A model generated the notes under the pieces. It saw nothing but the letters and a program-made list of their open reading frames with translations, was not told where the DNA came from and made no database searches. From Balanoglossus misakiensis (Eukaryota; Animalia; Hemichordata), in assembly GCA_040954595.2 (NCBI GenBank), contig CM082580.2, positions 3,896,783-3,960,782 on the forward strand: a stretch of 64,000 nucleotides of DNA. The letters are read 5' to 3'. Within the stretch, counting starts at the first letter, position 1; each line of letters opens with the position of its first letter. The position numbers and the translations under genes are program-made. Shown piece after piece: positions 1 through 11,142 of the stretch.

Positions 1-1290
1 CAATACGGCAACGCGGCACAGTTGATGTCGGCGAAGAAAGGCATGACGTCACAGATGCAAGAACTGATGACGGTGGACATGAAAAGCGAACCCGTGGAAG
101 ACGACTTCATCGAGTTTCGGTCATTTGAGAACTTCTTCAAAGACCAACGCCTCGGCGTGTTGATCACCGACAACGTCAAATACAAACTCGGTGAGGTTCC
201 GGAAACTGTGAGAGTCGGGGATGAGATCCGCGTTACCGTGAAGAGAAACGCTAAATGTTCACCTGACGGTAAACTTGGCGCCATTAAAGCTGTTATCAAG
301 GCACCAGACGACAGAACTGCAAATATGATGCAAACAGAGAATAAAGATGGAAGTTTCACGCTGACAAGTGAAGGCAAACTGGAAGGGCGGTATGAAATAT
401 CAGTGTCGGTTGAAGAGACACCTGTGGATGGCACGCCGATCAGAGTTACAGCGATTCCACAGAAGGGTTTAATCAGAACGATCGGGGAGAGAGGAAGAGG
501 CGATGGGCAGCTGATTGGTCCGTACGGCGTTACGATGACAAGGGATCGCCATGTGCTCGTGTGTGACTCCGGCAACAACCGATTGCAGGAATTCTCTGTG
601 TACGGCCAGCATCGTAGAACCATACCATTCACCAACATCACTGGAACGGTGACACCAAGATTTGCATGCGTGGCAGATGACGGCACCGTATTTGTCACGG
701 ATAGTGAGAATGAACGCGTGGTTGTCTGTGATGAAGATGGCAAAGTTATCAGATGTTTCGGCGAGGGAGACCTGAGTAATCCTCAAGGTATCGTGATTAA
801 TCCCATCAATGGGAGAGTCTATGTGCTTGATTGTATTTCCTGCAATGTGAAGATATACAACCAAGACGGGAAGTTGCTGAAATCCTTCGGAGGTAAAGGG
901 TCAGGACCAGGTCAGTTGAACTACCCACATGGTTTGAACGCAGACAAGGAAGGCAACATCCTGATCCCAGACACTAACAACCACCGCGTACAGGTATTCA
1001 ATGCCGATGGAGAGTATCAACACTCCTTCGGCACAAAAGGCAGCGGCGATGGACAGCTGTTGACACCGGAAGATGTGGTGCAAGACAGAGATGGAAATCT
1101 CATTGTAAGCGAGTTTAGTAATAAGAGAGTTCAGAAATTTGACATCAACGGCAAATGTCTATACCGAGTGGACAAACAGGAAGATTCTCTGTCAAGCACA
1201 ATAGGCCTGTGTTTCATCAACGACGGGTTGTTTGGCAGAATTCTGGTCGGAGACTATGGCAACGACTGCATCAAAGTTTTCGCGGACTAA
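1..1290 (+). CDS. TRIM2/TRIM3/TRIM71-like protein, C-terminal part (filamin/Ig-like domain plus NHL-repeat beta-propeller); 5'-truncated by the window edge
   Basis: Frame is open from base 1 to TAA at 1288-1290 with no intron. Filamin-type segment (VKRNAK...AVIKAPDD...ENKDGSFTLT...EGRYEISVSVEETPVDGTPIRVTA) is followed by about six NHL repeats (GQLIGPYGVTM...VCDSGNNRLQEF; GSGPGQLNYPHGLNADKEGNILIPDTNNHRVQVF; GSGDGQLLTPEDV...VSEFSNKRVQKF). The specific orthologue cannot be assigned. Confidence 0.88.
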   Translation, partial: QYGNAAQLMSAKKGMTSQMQELMTVDMKSEPVEDDFIEFRSFENFFKDQRLGVLITDNVKYKLGEVPETVRVGDEIRVTVKRNAKCSPDGKLGAIKAVIKAPDDRTANMMQTENKDGSFTLTSEGKLEGRYEISVSVEETPVDGTPIRVTAIPQKGLIRTIGERGRGDGQLIGPYGVTMTRDRHVLVCDSGNNRLQEFSVYGQHRRTIPFTNITGTVTPRFACVADDGTVFVTDSENERVVVCDEDGKVIRCFGEGDLSNPQGIVINPINGRVYVLDCISCNVKIYNQDGKLLKSFGGKGSGPGQLNYPHGLNADKEGNILIPDTNNHRVQVFNADGEYQHSFGTKGSGDGQLLTPEDVVQDRDGNLIVSEFSNKRVQKFDINGKCLYRVDKQEDSLSSTIGLCFINDGLFGRILVGDYGNDCIKVFAD

Positions 1291-1784
1291 CCAACTTGAT
1301 AATAGCACGTCACCAGGGAAACGGAAGGACGGAGAACCACGGCGGCTCACAAAACAAAAAACATCAGCGGCCTGACGTCACCTGTTTGTAGTCGACAACG
1401 ATAATCTCACTGAAAACGTAGGAGCAGACATGCAAATTCGATATTGTTTCCATGACGTCTGACATAAGGCAGACTCCAAGACAATCTCAGTGTGCAACAT
1501 AAGCTGTGTATGTATTTTACATTGATACAACGTAACCCTACATTTCACTTAGTCTGTTTTTATGATCACTAACTGATATTTTCATGGGCGCAATTTTGTA
1601 TGTGAATGAGATAAAGTGGATTTTTAATGTATATCAGCTCTATTTCATGTGAACCGTTGTCCAACAGAACGACATTTACCCAGATATCGCCTTATATGCA
1701 GAACTTTGATATTTAATCTAGTAGTGCCATAAATAGAAAACGTGTTGTCATCAGTTAACCTGTTTCTATTTTGGTCTCTCTCAC

Positions 1785-1902
1785 CTGTGCCGTCTTCTGT
1801 TATCTTCATTTCATCGATGTCTTCAGCGCGCATGTATTCTATGACGTCATCACCAAACCCATCAAGAACGTCAATCATTTCCAGGCGGCGTCGATCAAAA
1901 GC
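1785..1902 (-). other. Candidate coding exon of an unrecognised minus-strand gene (AFDRRRLEMIDVLDGFGDDVIEYMRAEDIDEMKITEDGT)
   Basis: Strong acceptor (gttttttcttcttctcag|GCT), donor CAG|gtgaga, exactly one open frame, and higher GC than the flanks. No family recognised. Confidence 0.5.
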
Positions 1903-2263
1903 CTGAGAAGAAGAAAAAACGATTTTATTTAGTTGTGTTACACTATAGGCAGTTGCAAGTGCAAATACTAGTAAATTGTAAACGTTAGAGCAGTTTGGAC
2001 AGATGTACTGCGACTTTTCTCAAATTCTTCCGAAAGCTGCACTGTATATACTAGGTTGAAAATGGCTCAGATGCCATAGGCACGTGATATAAAATTTCGA
2101 CATTAAAGATAGGATGTAGCCTTCATGAAAAGTAACATAAAGTTTTTGATTAAAAGTCTGCGTTTTATCCAACAACGGTATTTGTTGTGTGTTTATTTAA
2201 AGCGAAACAAGTAAAACACCACCACAAAATTTCAAGATATTTCCGTACTATCACACGTGTTGG

Positions 2264-2335
2264 TAGTCTCGGTTACCCAGAGCCCTCTGCTTCTTCCGTT
2301 GGGCACTCCAGAAAGAGGGTCTGGGGAAACCCCAT
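2264..2335. mobile_element. Degenerate short hairpin MITE (TAGTCTCGG..CCAGA family)
   Basis: tagtctcggttacccagagccctct ... agagggtctgggg forms an imperfect inverted repeat. Its terminus resembles the hairpins at 28125 and 50733. Confidence 0.4.
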
Positions 2336-3764
2336 AGACAAATCTCCGGGCAAAGATGGCCGACTCGGGACAAAAGCGATGCATGATGGTTGCAGACTCG
2401 AACATAAAAACACATGCTGAGAAGTGCTGGACCTGCTAAAACTGTCTACAAATTGAAAAGAGAAAGAGAAATTTGTTAAATAGTTTTCTAATATCGTCAT
2501 ATCATAATATCAAATGTCATAAATTTCAAATCGAGGGCGCCCTCTGTGTTTTCGTATGAGCAATTAGAAGCTCACTGACATAAAAAAAGAAGCTTTCTGT
2601 ACAACTGATTATCGGGCAAATCCATATAAATTTCAACAACCAATGAGTCTGAGCTCAAAGTCATTATAGTTTATTTTACTTTTCCTCGGATTAAAATCTC
2701 TGGCAGAGCTTTGCTGATTTAAAACGTTTCCGCATCCTTATTCTGCAAAGGAACCCGGAAATCATGCATATTTGAGGACATAACTCATGTTGGCTTATTC
2801 TAACCGTTTGGATCACATGAATTGGTTTTATGGTAACACTTTACAAGAGTTTGACATTTTCAATACTAGTCTGCTAATAGTAAGCAGAGTGATCGGTGAA
2901 AATGAATTCTAATCTCTATCTTTATCAGTTTAAAGGGAAGGTGTCGTCCGTCGCGCCGCGTGGGTGTCCCCCTTGATGAGAATATGTCCTCCCATACCAG
3001 CACAAACCTCACTGCAGTCGCCACGATCTACTAGGATCTTCAGTTGCTGTCATGCCCTGTCTATGCTATGGTTGGTTGCTTCGTTCATTCTAAGGGATTT
3101 GTGGATGAATTGTAATGTTTATAAACAAACAAACCCGGCGCGACGACCCCTTCACTTTAACTAAAATGAAATATAATCAGGCCACGTGATGGTCTGTGTA
3201 AACGAAATAAATCGGTGAAAGGTTTTATTTTAAGTCACTTTCAAAGGTTTCTTCAAAAGTCTCATTATAAATTGTCCATGAATATTTTGTACAAACGATT
3301 CATGTCAGTCAGGTAATACAAAGGGTATATATTCCATGTAAACAACAATTTCTTCTGATATTTTCTAAAGCATGTCGAAACCCCCAGTGTTTACACTGTA
3401 ACATACTCTATACATGTATATGTAGAATTGCTTGCATTAAAATAGTATCTGGGCAAAGAATTAATTGTAAACTACATCTTTCATACAATCCAGTAACATA
3501 ATGCACTTCAATGCGCTTTGGGAGATAGACAGATAGTAAATACATAGATGTAGGCCTATTCAAAACTCGATGTCCACTAACAGTTGTCATCTGAAAATAC
3601 TGGTGTTGATGACATGCAAAGATTGTTTGTGAAATAAATTGGTAATGATAATAAAATTTTACAGCTGAAAAATTCATAAAAGTTACATTTGACTGTGACT
3701 ACAATAAGTCCATATAAAAGTTCAAGTAAAACTATTAAAACAAAAATTATTTTCTTCTTTCCTA

Positions 3765-6700
3765 TTATTTCTTCCTTTTGTAAATTTTTGCCATAAAATC
3801 TATAAATACTTGTTTGTTCAAATTGCAGTCAATATTTTCTATGAGCTCCGTTATTGATGTGGAACTGTCTTCTTCAAACTTCAGAAAGAGATCTTTCAAC
3901 TGTAGTTCTTCATAAACCCTTTTCACTTCGGCAACTTTCTGTTCATCCGGAAAGCCGTAGTTCTCCTACATACAGAAATGTTATTCATGAATGTTGAAAT
4001 AGTTTTTTATATGAAATATTACAATTCCAATGCCGAGAGACCAAATGGCATCATCGCCTCCGGGAAAAATGAAAATACTTTTCGGTACTTCACAGTATTG
4101 AAAATACCTCTTCTGTTGAAGTTTCTCCCCTTTTGAAATCGTACTCGTTTTTCAAACAAAGCTGGGACTAAATTGTATATGCACACAAGATAAGAAAGCA
4201 ATGTATGCCGTAATGTCTATGTGACAGCTCAAGTAAGCGATCGATTTCAGTGAATCACGGAAATAAACAACAATCTCACCTGTAACACCTGCTTCTGTTG
4301 CTGATTGGCTCTTTGTAAAGCTTGTACAACCAACCAGGTGCATTTATTGTCCTGTATATCAGTGCCTTGTTTACCGGTGAGATCAACATCGCCAAAGCAA
4401 TCCAGATAGTCGTCCTACAAAATTAAAACAAATACATATTGGGCCAAAAATAATATATGCTGTTCCGATTACATGGTTTTAAAAAATAGTGTAGGTAGGT
4501 AGGGATTTGTTTTATTAGTTTTGCATTTTTTTATTTCTCGGGTCGCCGTAGTGTAGAAAAATGACGTCATAGTTTTTGCGTGATTACCTTTGCCATTTCA
4601 TAGAATACAAAGTGTTTTTGTGCACAGTGATGAAACAATATGAACTCATCGAAGTACTTGACAGACAAAAGTAATATCTAATATAATTCCACTTTAACTC
4701 AAAGAGTTTGAATATTAATGTCCGGACTATGAAAACTTAAACATTAGATGAACATAATACGATACTGCTGAAATGCCTTTACCCGTGCGTTGAAGTCAAA
4801 GTTCGTTAAGATGATTTTGTGAATTCAAAACTAAGAAAGAAATAAACTTCAATGATACCTGTACTTGGAAGTAATTTCCCATCACTAATAAAATCTTCTT
4901 GGCAAAAGCATGAGACTTCTCATCATTAATCCCCGTCTAAGTTCAAGCAGAAAAGAATTATGCAAAACGTAAATATAACGGAAAGTTGTATAAACTACAG
5001 TTTTAGATTGAATAGCTAAATCATAGAACATGCACATCTTCGTCAGACAAACTGTGTATTGAGTATTCTGAAGCGAGATCCTCTGGTATTATGAAATTCA
5101 CATAGCTTATGGTTACTAATGTTATTTATTACCAAGTTTCTTAAATGTAATAAGTGATGAAAGACCTCAGATTTATGAGGTTATAAGAAAGGTGGTTGTT
5201 TCTCTGCAAAATCAGTACATGTATGGTCTTGCACGGGGGGGGGGGTAGAAATATAGGACACATTCCCTTACCATGTACATTGCTAGCGCTACTGGTAAGT
5301 AGAAGGAATAGAACCCAGTCTTCCATTTCACTATGGCATCATATCTGAAATACATTGCAACACAGAAAGATTATTCCAAATGTGCGATTCGTCTTCTGAT
5401 GTGGAGTTCCTTACCGAATGAGTGTGTGTGTTTTTTTCAATAGAAAAGAAATTGATAAGAGTACAAACATTTATTCGGAAAATACCTGTCTTGCGTAAAA
5501 CGACTAATGTCTCTTTCCCCAAGGGGTGCTGTTAACATATCCATACTCTGGCCGACAATAGTTTGATAAATAGTCTGGAATAAAAAAAAAACATTTCAAT
5601 AAATGTATTTCATAGAGTGGGTGGATTTCTGTGAAAAAGATAATACGCGCATCGGGTACAGATTATCAGAAAAAATCACATTCCAGCAAACTTTTTTCCA
5701 TTCCTTGCTATATGGCGAGTTTTTGGAAACCACAGAAGAAAACATGGTGTTCACCGTCCAGTTCACCGTTTCATAAAAATCACTACTTTAATCATTTTCC
5801 ACGGAGTTAACACAAGGATTGGCCCCCAATTTTTAGTCTCAATTTTTAAGAGAGAATAATCTATTTGAGCATTGGTGTATGGGTGCTACCATGCCCTTCT
5901 ACTGTGACGTGCAACTTTTCCCAAGTTCAATGTAAAACTGTACATTACCTCATGGAAAAGTTCAACTACATCAATGTAGTACGGTTGATCGTGAACATAC
6001 TGTTTGAGCGTTCGAAATATACATGATTCTATGTATGACGCATCATTGATGGCTGACATCCCAACTTTATCCTGAGGAATAAAAACAAAGGTTTTAAGTT
6101 AGGACTGTTTGAGGGCACATCCACTGTAATTACCAATACTTGAATTCTAAATGTCAATTTCCGGAGTCTCTCGGTGACAAACTAAATTAATTGCGTTTTA
6201 CTTTAAATTTCCTCCCGCCTCCCATGATACATATGAGAATCCCGCGATCACAGGTATTATCATATCTTTTCAATTATCTAAATTCAAGGTCCTGGTCATA
6301 TATGAATCATAGCAGGTCGCACGGCCAAGACATTTCGGAAGTTCCGAAAACGCACAATTTCTTGATCAATGGCAGTTCAGGAAGAGAAGCATTGACGTCT
6401 ATAACCAACAATTATACAACTACCTCCGATTAGAACGATTTTTTTCGTTCGCAATGTTTTCAATTATCTTTGGAATATATTAAAATAATTTCTGTTTAAC
6501 GAAACGAAAGAATTGAGACATATGAAAGTCACCTTTCTGTACCAACACGGCTGCCCCCTTCTCGTAATGGACGCGTCCATTATGTCGTCAGCAACCAAAA
6601 AGAAAGCTTGAAACTGTGGGGAAAAGTAAAAAATCACAGTAATTATCTAATTATCATTCCCTGTCTCTTATATGATTGCCAAAACTAACAAGAAACATCG

Positions 6701-7985
6701 GAAGGTACAATTTCTGCTTACCAGTTCAACACACCAACCAATGGCCATTGCTCTTGTCAAATTCTCCTCACATTGGAGATCTTCAGCGCTGGCCAGAGTG
6801 CGATAGGACGCCACCACCGTCAAACCACGATTCTTTTTACCAAACGGAACGTTGTAATCTAAAACCTGTCCGGAAAAGTTCGATGACCCCAAATTAAATT
6901 TTATCATGTTCGGAGAAGTTTGGTGACCTTTACTAAATCTCTGCCCACGAATTTTGTTTGTATTTACTCCTTCTCATGGGGTTGCCATACGGTAGAATTT
7001 TGAAGGTTCACTTTCTGCGAAAATCGTTATCTTAAATACAGTGCACTAACGTAGAAACTGCACGAAACTCTCGGATGTTACAATTTTTCTGCGCTGTTAG
7101 TTTCTCGACACGAATGAACCGTTTTTGATCCCTTACTTCAGTTAAAATCAAAATTGCACAATGACATTCATATTTGTATAAAAACAAGAAACGGTTTCGG
7201 GTATCATGTGCGCATCAAGCTGTATCTGACCAGACATCCTCAGTGGGGATGGTACGAGGATTTAATCTAGATGACCAAATCCAGCTTTGAAAACATTCTT
7301 ATCTATGATTATTAATGTCCCATCCGGCATTGCCCCCAAATCGTAATTGTAATCCGGCACGTGAGTGGAATCACACGCCCGATCGAAATAAGACAAAAAA
7401 ATGTTCAACGCACTATTTTAAACCTTTCAACGGCAGCTGTAACTTCGAAGTTATCGATAGTACGAAGAGTCAGATTGGAAGATAGTTCTTTGTAGAATCT
7501 GTTGAATTTGTCGGCATCGTCTGCTTCATACCGCTGCCTATTTGACTGTCCCGAATCGGCCGCCGTGGCAAGAGATCTAGATGAAAAATTATTAAAACAT
7601 AATTTTTGACATTTGTATTTAACTCCGAACGGTTTATCATAATACTTGATAGGAATCTTGAAATTCTATATTTTTGAAAATCTCCGAAATAAATTCGGCT
7701 CGAAAAAGTACATTCGAACTATACCTATCGAAGTTTCCTGTTTGCCTTAAGATGCTAGGTCTAGCTTGAACTCGTATTTGACTTATTTGACGTATTTAAA
7801 ATAAGTCGACTGGAGATTTAAATCTTGTAACAACACTGATATTTACAGTTGTAGGCTAATTACATAACATGTTGCAAAAACTACTATCACAACGTTAACT
7901 ATCACATGAAATGAGAGAACTCATAATTATCATTTACCCACCTGTTGATTGACCTAGCCGCGCCCGTGTTGATGTCCTCAGCCAT
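3765..7985 (-). CDS. FDPS: Farnesyl diphosphate synthase, tandem copy A (10 coding exons, about 376 aa)
   Basis: Exons (minus strand): 7985-7942, 7576-7414, 6865-6722, 6613-6533, 6071-5949, 5574-5486, 5344-5272, 4936-4859, 4414-4280, 3965-3765. All GT-AG and phase-consistent, 1131 nt. Motifs: [25 protein letters not shown] (FARM), [34 protein letters not shown] (SARM), [12 protein letters not shown]-terminal IYKRKK. Confidence 0.95.
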
Positions 7986-10689
7986 TTCGACACCAAGCGT
8001 ACTCCTAGCGCTTCTGACGCTCAAATGACGAGTCCAGTTCACCACAGTCCGACCAAGGCCAAATCTGCATAACGTGATCGGAGTCCAAGGGGCACTCAGA
8101 CTCCTCGCCAGTAGTTGTAGATTGGTCGCCAACGCTGTGGTCATCTCTTAATACAGGAAGATGGGGAGTACATCTAAACTGATGGAGATAAATCGCTCGG
8201 CGAGTACTTGTACTGATTATCTGCATGGAAATATTATCAAGGTTACGACGTGTTCGTTTGCTTTGGTGTTCAGCGTGCACAATTGAATAAGAAGATAATG
8301 GAGACCGCTACAAGTATCCTTATCTCTTCCGAAAGCAACATCGAACCGTTCGAAATTGTTGGTCTAAGTCTATGATGAAGAAATAAAGCTATGGTTTCCT
8401 ACAAAATAAGAATTATCCCCATTTAATCGTTGTGAATCTAGTCAGTGGGGAGAAAAAACACACCTTTAAAATGATTTATGACGAAAACCTCTAACTCATG
8501 TTTATCTTACGTTGTTATCTGAGTTACGATTGACAAAACGTGTTCACATACAGACTACCTGCCAATACTAGTGTTAGTTCATTCAACCTTAAGTCAACCC
8601 CACTGGGTAAAGACTGAAAAGTGGGTTTGACAGACTTGAAAATAATTGGGTCAAGCTAATAGGGATGTGAAAATTGTTATATTTGCATAGTAAAGTGTCA
8701 TAAATGGGTTTATTACGCCTCACGCCGTATTTCGTTCTCTTGATTGGCTGATACCGTACCACGTGACATAGGAAAAACCTTACATGGTCTATGGCCCGTA
8801 GGTAGGGGATATGGCCCGCTGTGAAGTTTTTAGGTTCTGCGCATCTTTTCTGCACATGAAAAAAAATCAATATGGTGGTCAGAGATCACCATCCCTCGAG
8901 CAGGCTAAAGATCGTGATATTGCTCTCACTAACATGTGTTATTATTTAACTCAAGCACTATTGCATGCACTATTTTGTCGCTCAATTTTAAAGATGACAG
9001 AGAACTCAGATCTCATGTCGTGGGCCAAATTCAACGCATTTAAAATGTCATGTGTGAGCGCTAACACTCAAAAAATTTAATCTTATTTTTAAATGTGTAT
9101 TTATTTTAGTCAATAGCGTTTGTCATCCCGCGTTATCATCATCAACCCTCTCCAACGGTCCAGTCGAATCGAGAATTTCGAATGGACGACAAAACGGAGC
9201 GATAGATTATTTAGGAGATATATTCACGAATCTTTACCACCTCCTTTCACGTTATAACCTTTATGTCTGGAAAAGTTTTCGGTCATATTGAATATCGGTA
9301 CGCATTTATAGGACATCTCTATTTTTAATTTTCACGCATCTATAATCCTAGTTAAAATCCTAGCTGAGTAGGGCTAAGCATAAATTGGAAGGAAAAAAAA
9401 ACATCGGATCCCGACTTTGAGTCATTTCACCCTCGGCCCTGACCGGTCGATGTAAGAATGACCTTACAATACTTGTGACATTGAACGCGTACATTCTACA
9501 ATAAATTGACCTTCTCCATTGATGTATGTGTGAATGGGCGTGGCGTCGACCTACTTGTGTGTTGTTGTGAACAAGTACCATATGGCTGCAATTCGTATGC
9601 ATTGCAATCTGGTTAGTGACCGGTCGGATTAGGTCATCACTTACAAATTGTGACCATAGATCCTTCATTTTTGCACGTTTTGTTCTGACAAAAAAAGTCG
9701 ATTCGGTTTCTGCCTTTTTTAAAATTTCTAATAGGATCTCCATGTGTAGTGAATGTGTACAACATGGGCCAGCGGTGCTTGTGTTAGGCCTATAGCGTCA
9801 CTGAAATGCATGTGTATTGTGCAAATACCTGTTGAGATGATAGTACAGCCGTCTCTGGATCTGTCGGCGAATGGCACCACTAGCAGATCATACACTCAGG
9901 ACAAACATCGCTTGAAGTAGAATTGAAGAAACGGTTTACAGTTAAACCATCAAACTCAGCCGCGATCTATTATTATTAGCACCGCACTGCTCTTATCATG
10001 GAGAACCACGCTCTTATTTATATCACACCATATTATGTAAATACTCGTATCTCAAAGGTGAAGGGGTATCAGCCTGGTTATCAGTTTATATTTACTCACG
10101 TGAGTTTAGACGTTCCTCGTGCATCAGGGGGCAAATCCGAAGATCGGTGGGCCTATACCCAATCCGATATCGATAAAGTCCTGCTTGCTTTTGTTAACGT
10201 TTAAGCCAGGTACACTAAGGGGGCCCCTGACTGCCCAGACGCAGTGCGTGGTTATCACATTCCTTACATGTAGAATTTTGAGAAAACAAAGTTACAATAT
10301 TGTCATTTTCTTGAAATTTTCACAAAGATTCCAAAAAGGAGTATGATCAGATGATATATAGAAAATACATCGTGCTTGATTTTTTGTCAGAGCTATTCAG
10401 AAATATACACCATTTAAATTATAGCATTAGGAGTGTGAGAAAAGTGCTGACTCAGCATTTTACGCAATATTTGAGAACTCCTAACTGAAAAAGTAGCACG
10501 GGAACTCCCTGTTTTCTCTTTATTTTTTGCATTAAAAATTGATTGATATACAATATATACAAAAATGACAATATTCTAATTTGGAGTAGACCTCTACCTT
10601 AATAAAACCGTCACCCCGCAGCGCCCGGCTAGTTGTCGGTGTATTGAGTGCGTATATACTATCAGGCACTATCACTATGATAATTGGGA

Positions 10690-10830
10690 CGCAGTCAACT
10701 ATGCAAAGTTAGCCACAGATACCATGGAAAGTTGAGATCTTACCAATAACAGATTTTGATGGCGTGGCCACGCGAAAAAAATGCGCCATCAGCAGTCATT
10801 CGAAGACTAAGACACACCCATAGCCTTTAA
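10690..10830. mobile_element. Partial/diverged copy of the TTAA MITE family seen at 54476-54667
   Basis: accatggaaagttgagatcttaccaataacagattttgatggcgtggccacgcgaaaaaaatgcgcca aligns by eye with 54512-54580 and ends in CCT-TTAA. Confidence 0.5.
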
Positions 10831-10849
10831 ATTGATTTATCGATCGATA

Positions 10850-11001
10850 AATCAATCAATCAATCAATCATTCATTCAAACAATCGATCAAACAATCAAT
10901 CAATCAACCAACCAACCAATTAATTAATTAATTAATTGAGTTATTAATCCATTTCTTCATTCATATATTACTCATTACTCATTAATTAATTAATTCATTC
11001 A
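10850..11001. repeat. Compound tetranucleotide microsatellite (ATCA/ACCA/ATTA/ATTC)n
   Basis: Directly visible. It abuts the point where FDPS-A/B 3' homology ends. Confidence 0.85.
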
Positions 11002-11142
11002 TTTTGGTGGCTAATATTAATAAAATTTACAGTTATATTGTTTAAATTCAAAAAGTTACATTTGACTGTGATTACAATAAGTACATATAAAAAGGTCAAG
11101 TAAAATTAAACTATTAAAACAAAATGATTTTCTTGTTTCCTA

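Noticed and set aside
469-1083. Minus-strand ORFs 469..864 and 901..1083
   Set aside because: Antisense shadows of the NHL coding sequence with no recognisable features.
1270-1330. SECIS-like GTGA-N12-AA...GA pattern on the minus strand
   Set aside because: Spacing to the GA is too short and helix pairing is poor, so it does not support selenocysteine recoding.
4440-4590. GGCCAAAAA...GTAGGTAGGTAGG segment unique to FDPS-A intron 8
   Set aside because: Looks like one end of a DNA-transposon relic, but I found no matching terminus or TSD, so it was not called.
7564-7566. ACG in FDPS-A where FDPS-B has ATG, suggesting start-codon loss or a pseudogene
   Set aside because: Both copies have an upstream exon 1 (MAEDIN...) that splices in phase, so A is intact.
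8690-8880. ATTGG (CCAAT) plus CACGTG upstream of FDPS-A as a sterol-regulatory module
   Set aside because: It is not shared with FDPS-B and the context looks like an interspersed repeat. Short motifs alone are uninformative.
9360-9920. 127-aa minus ORF with a faint piggyBac-like (F..DD.I...TN) look, and an exon-like stretch at about 9829-9910
   Set aside because: The resemblance is too weak, there are no catalytic motifs, and all frames of the exon-like stretch contain stops.
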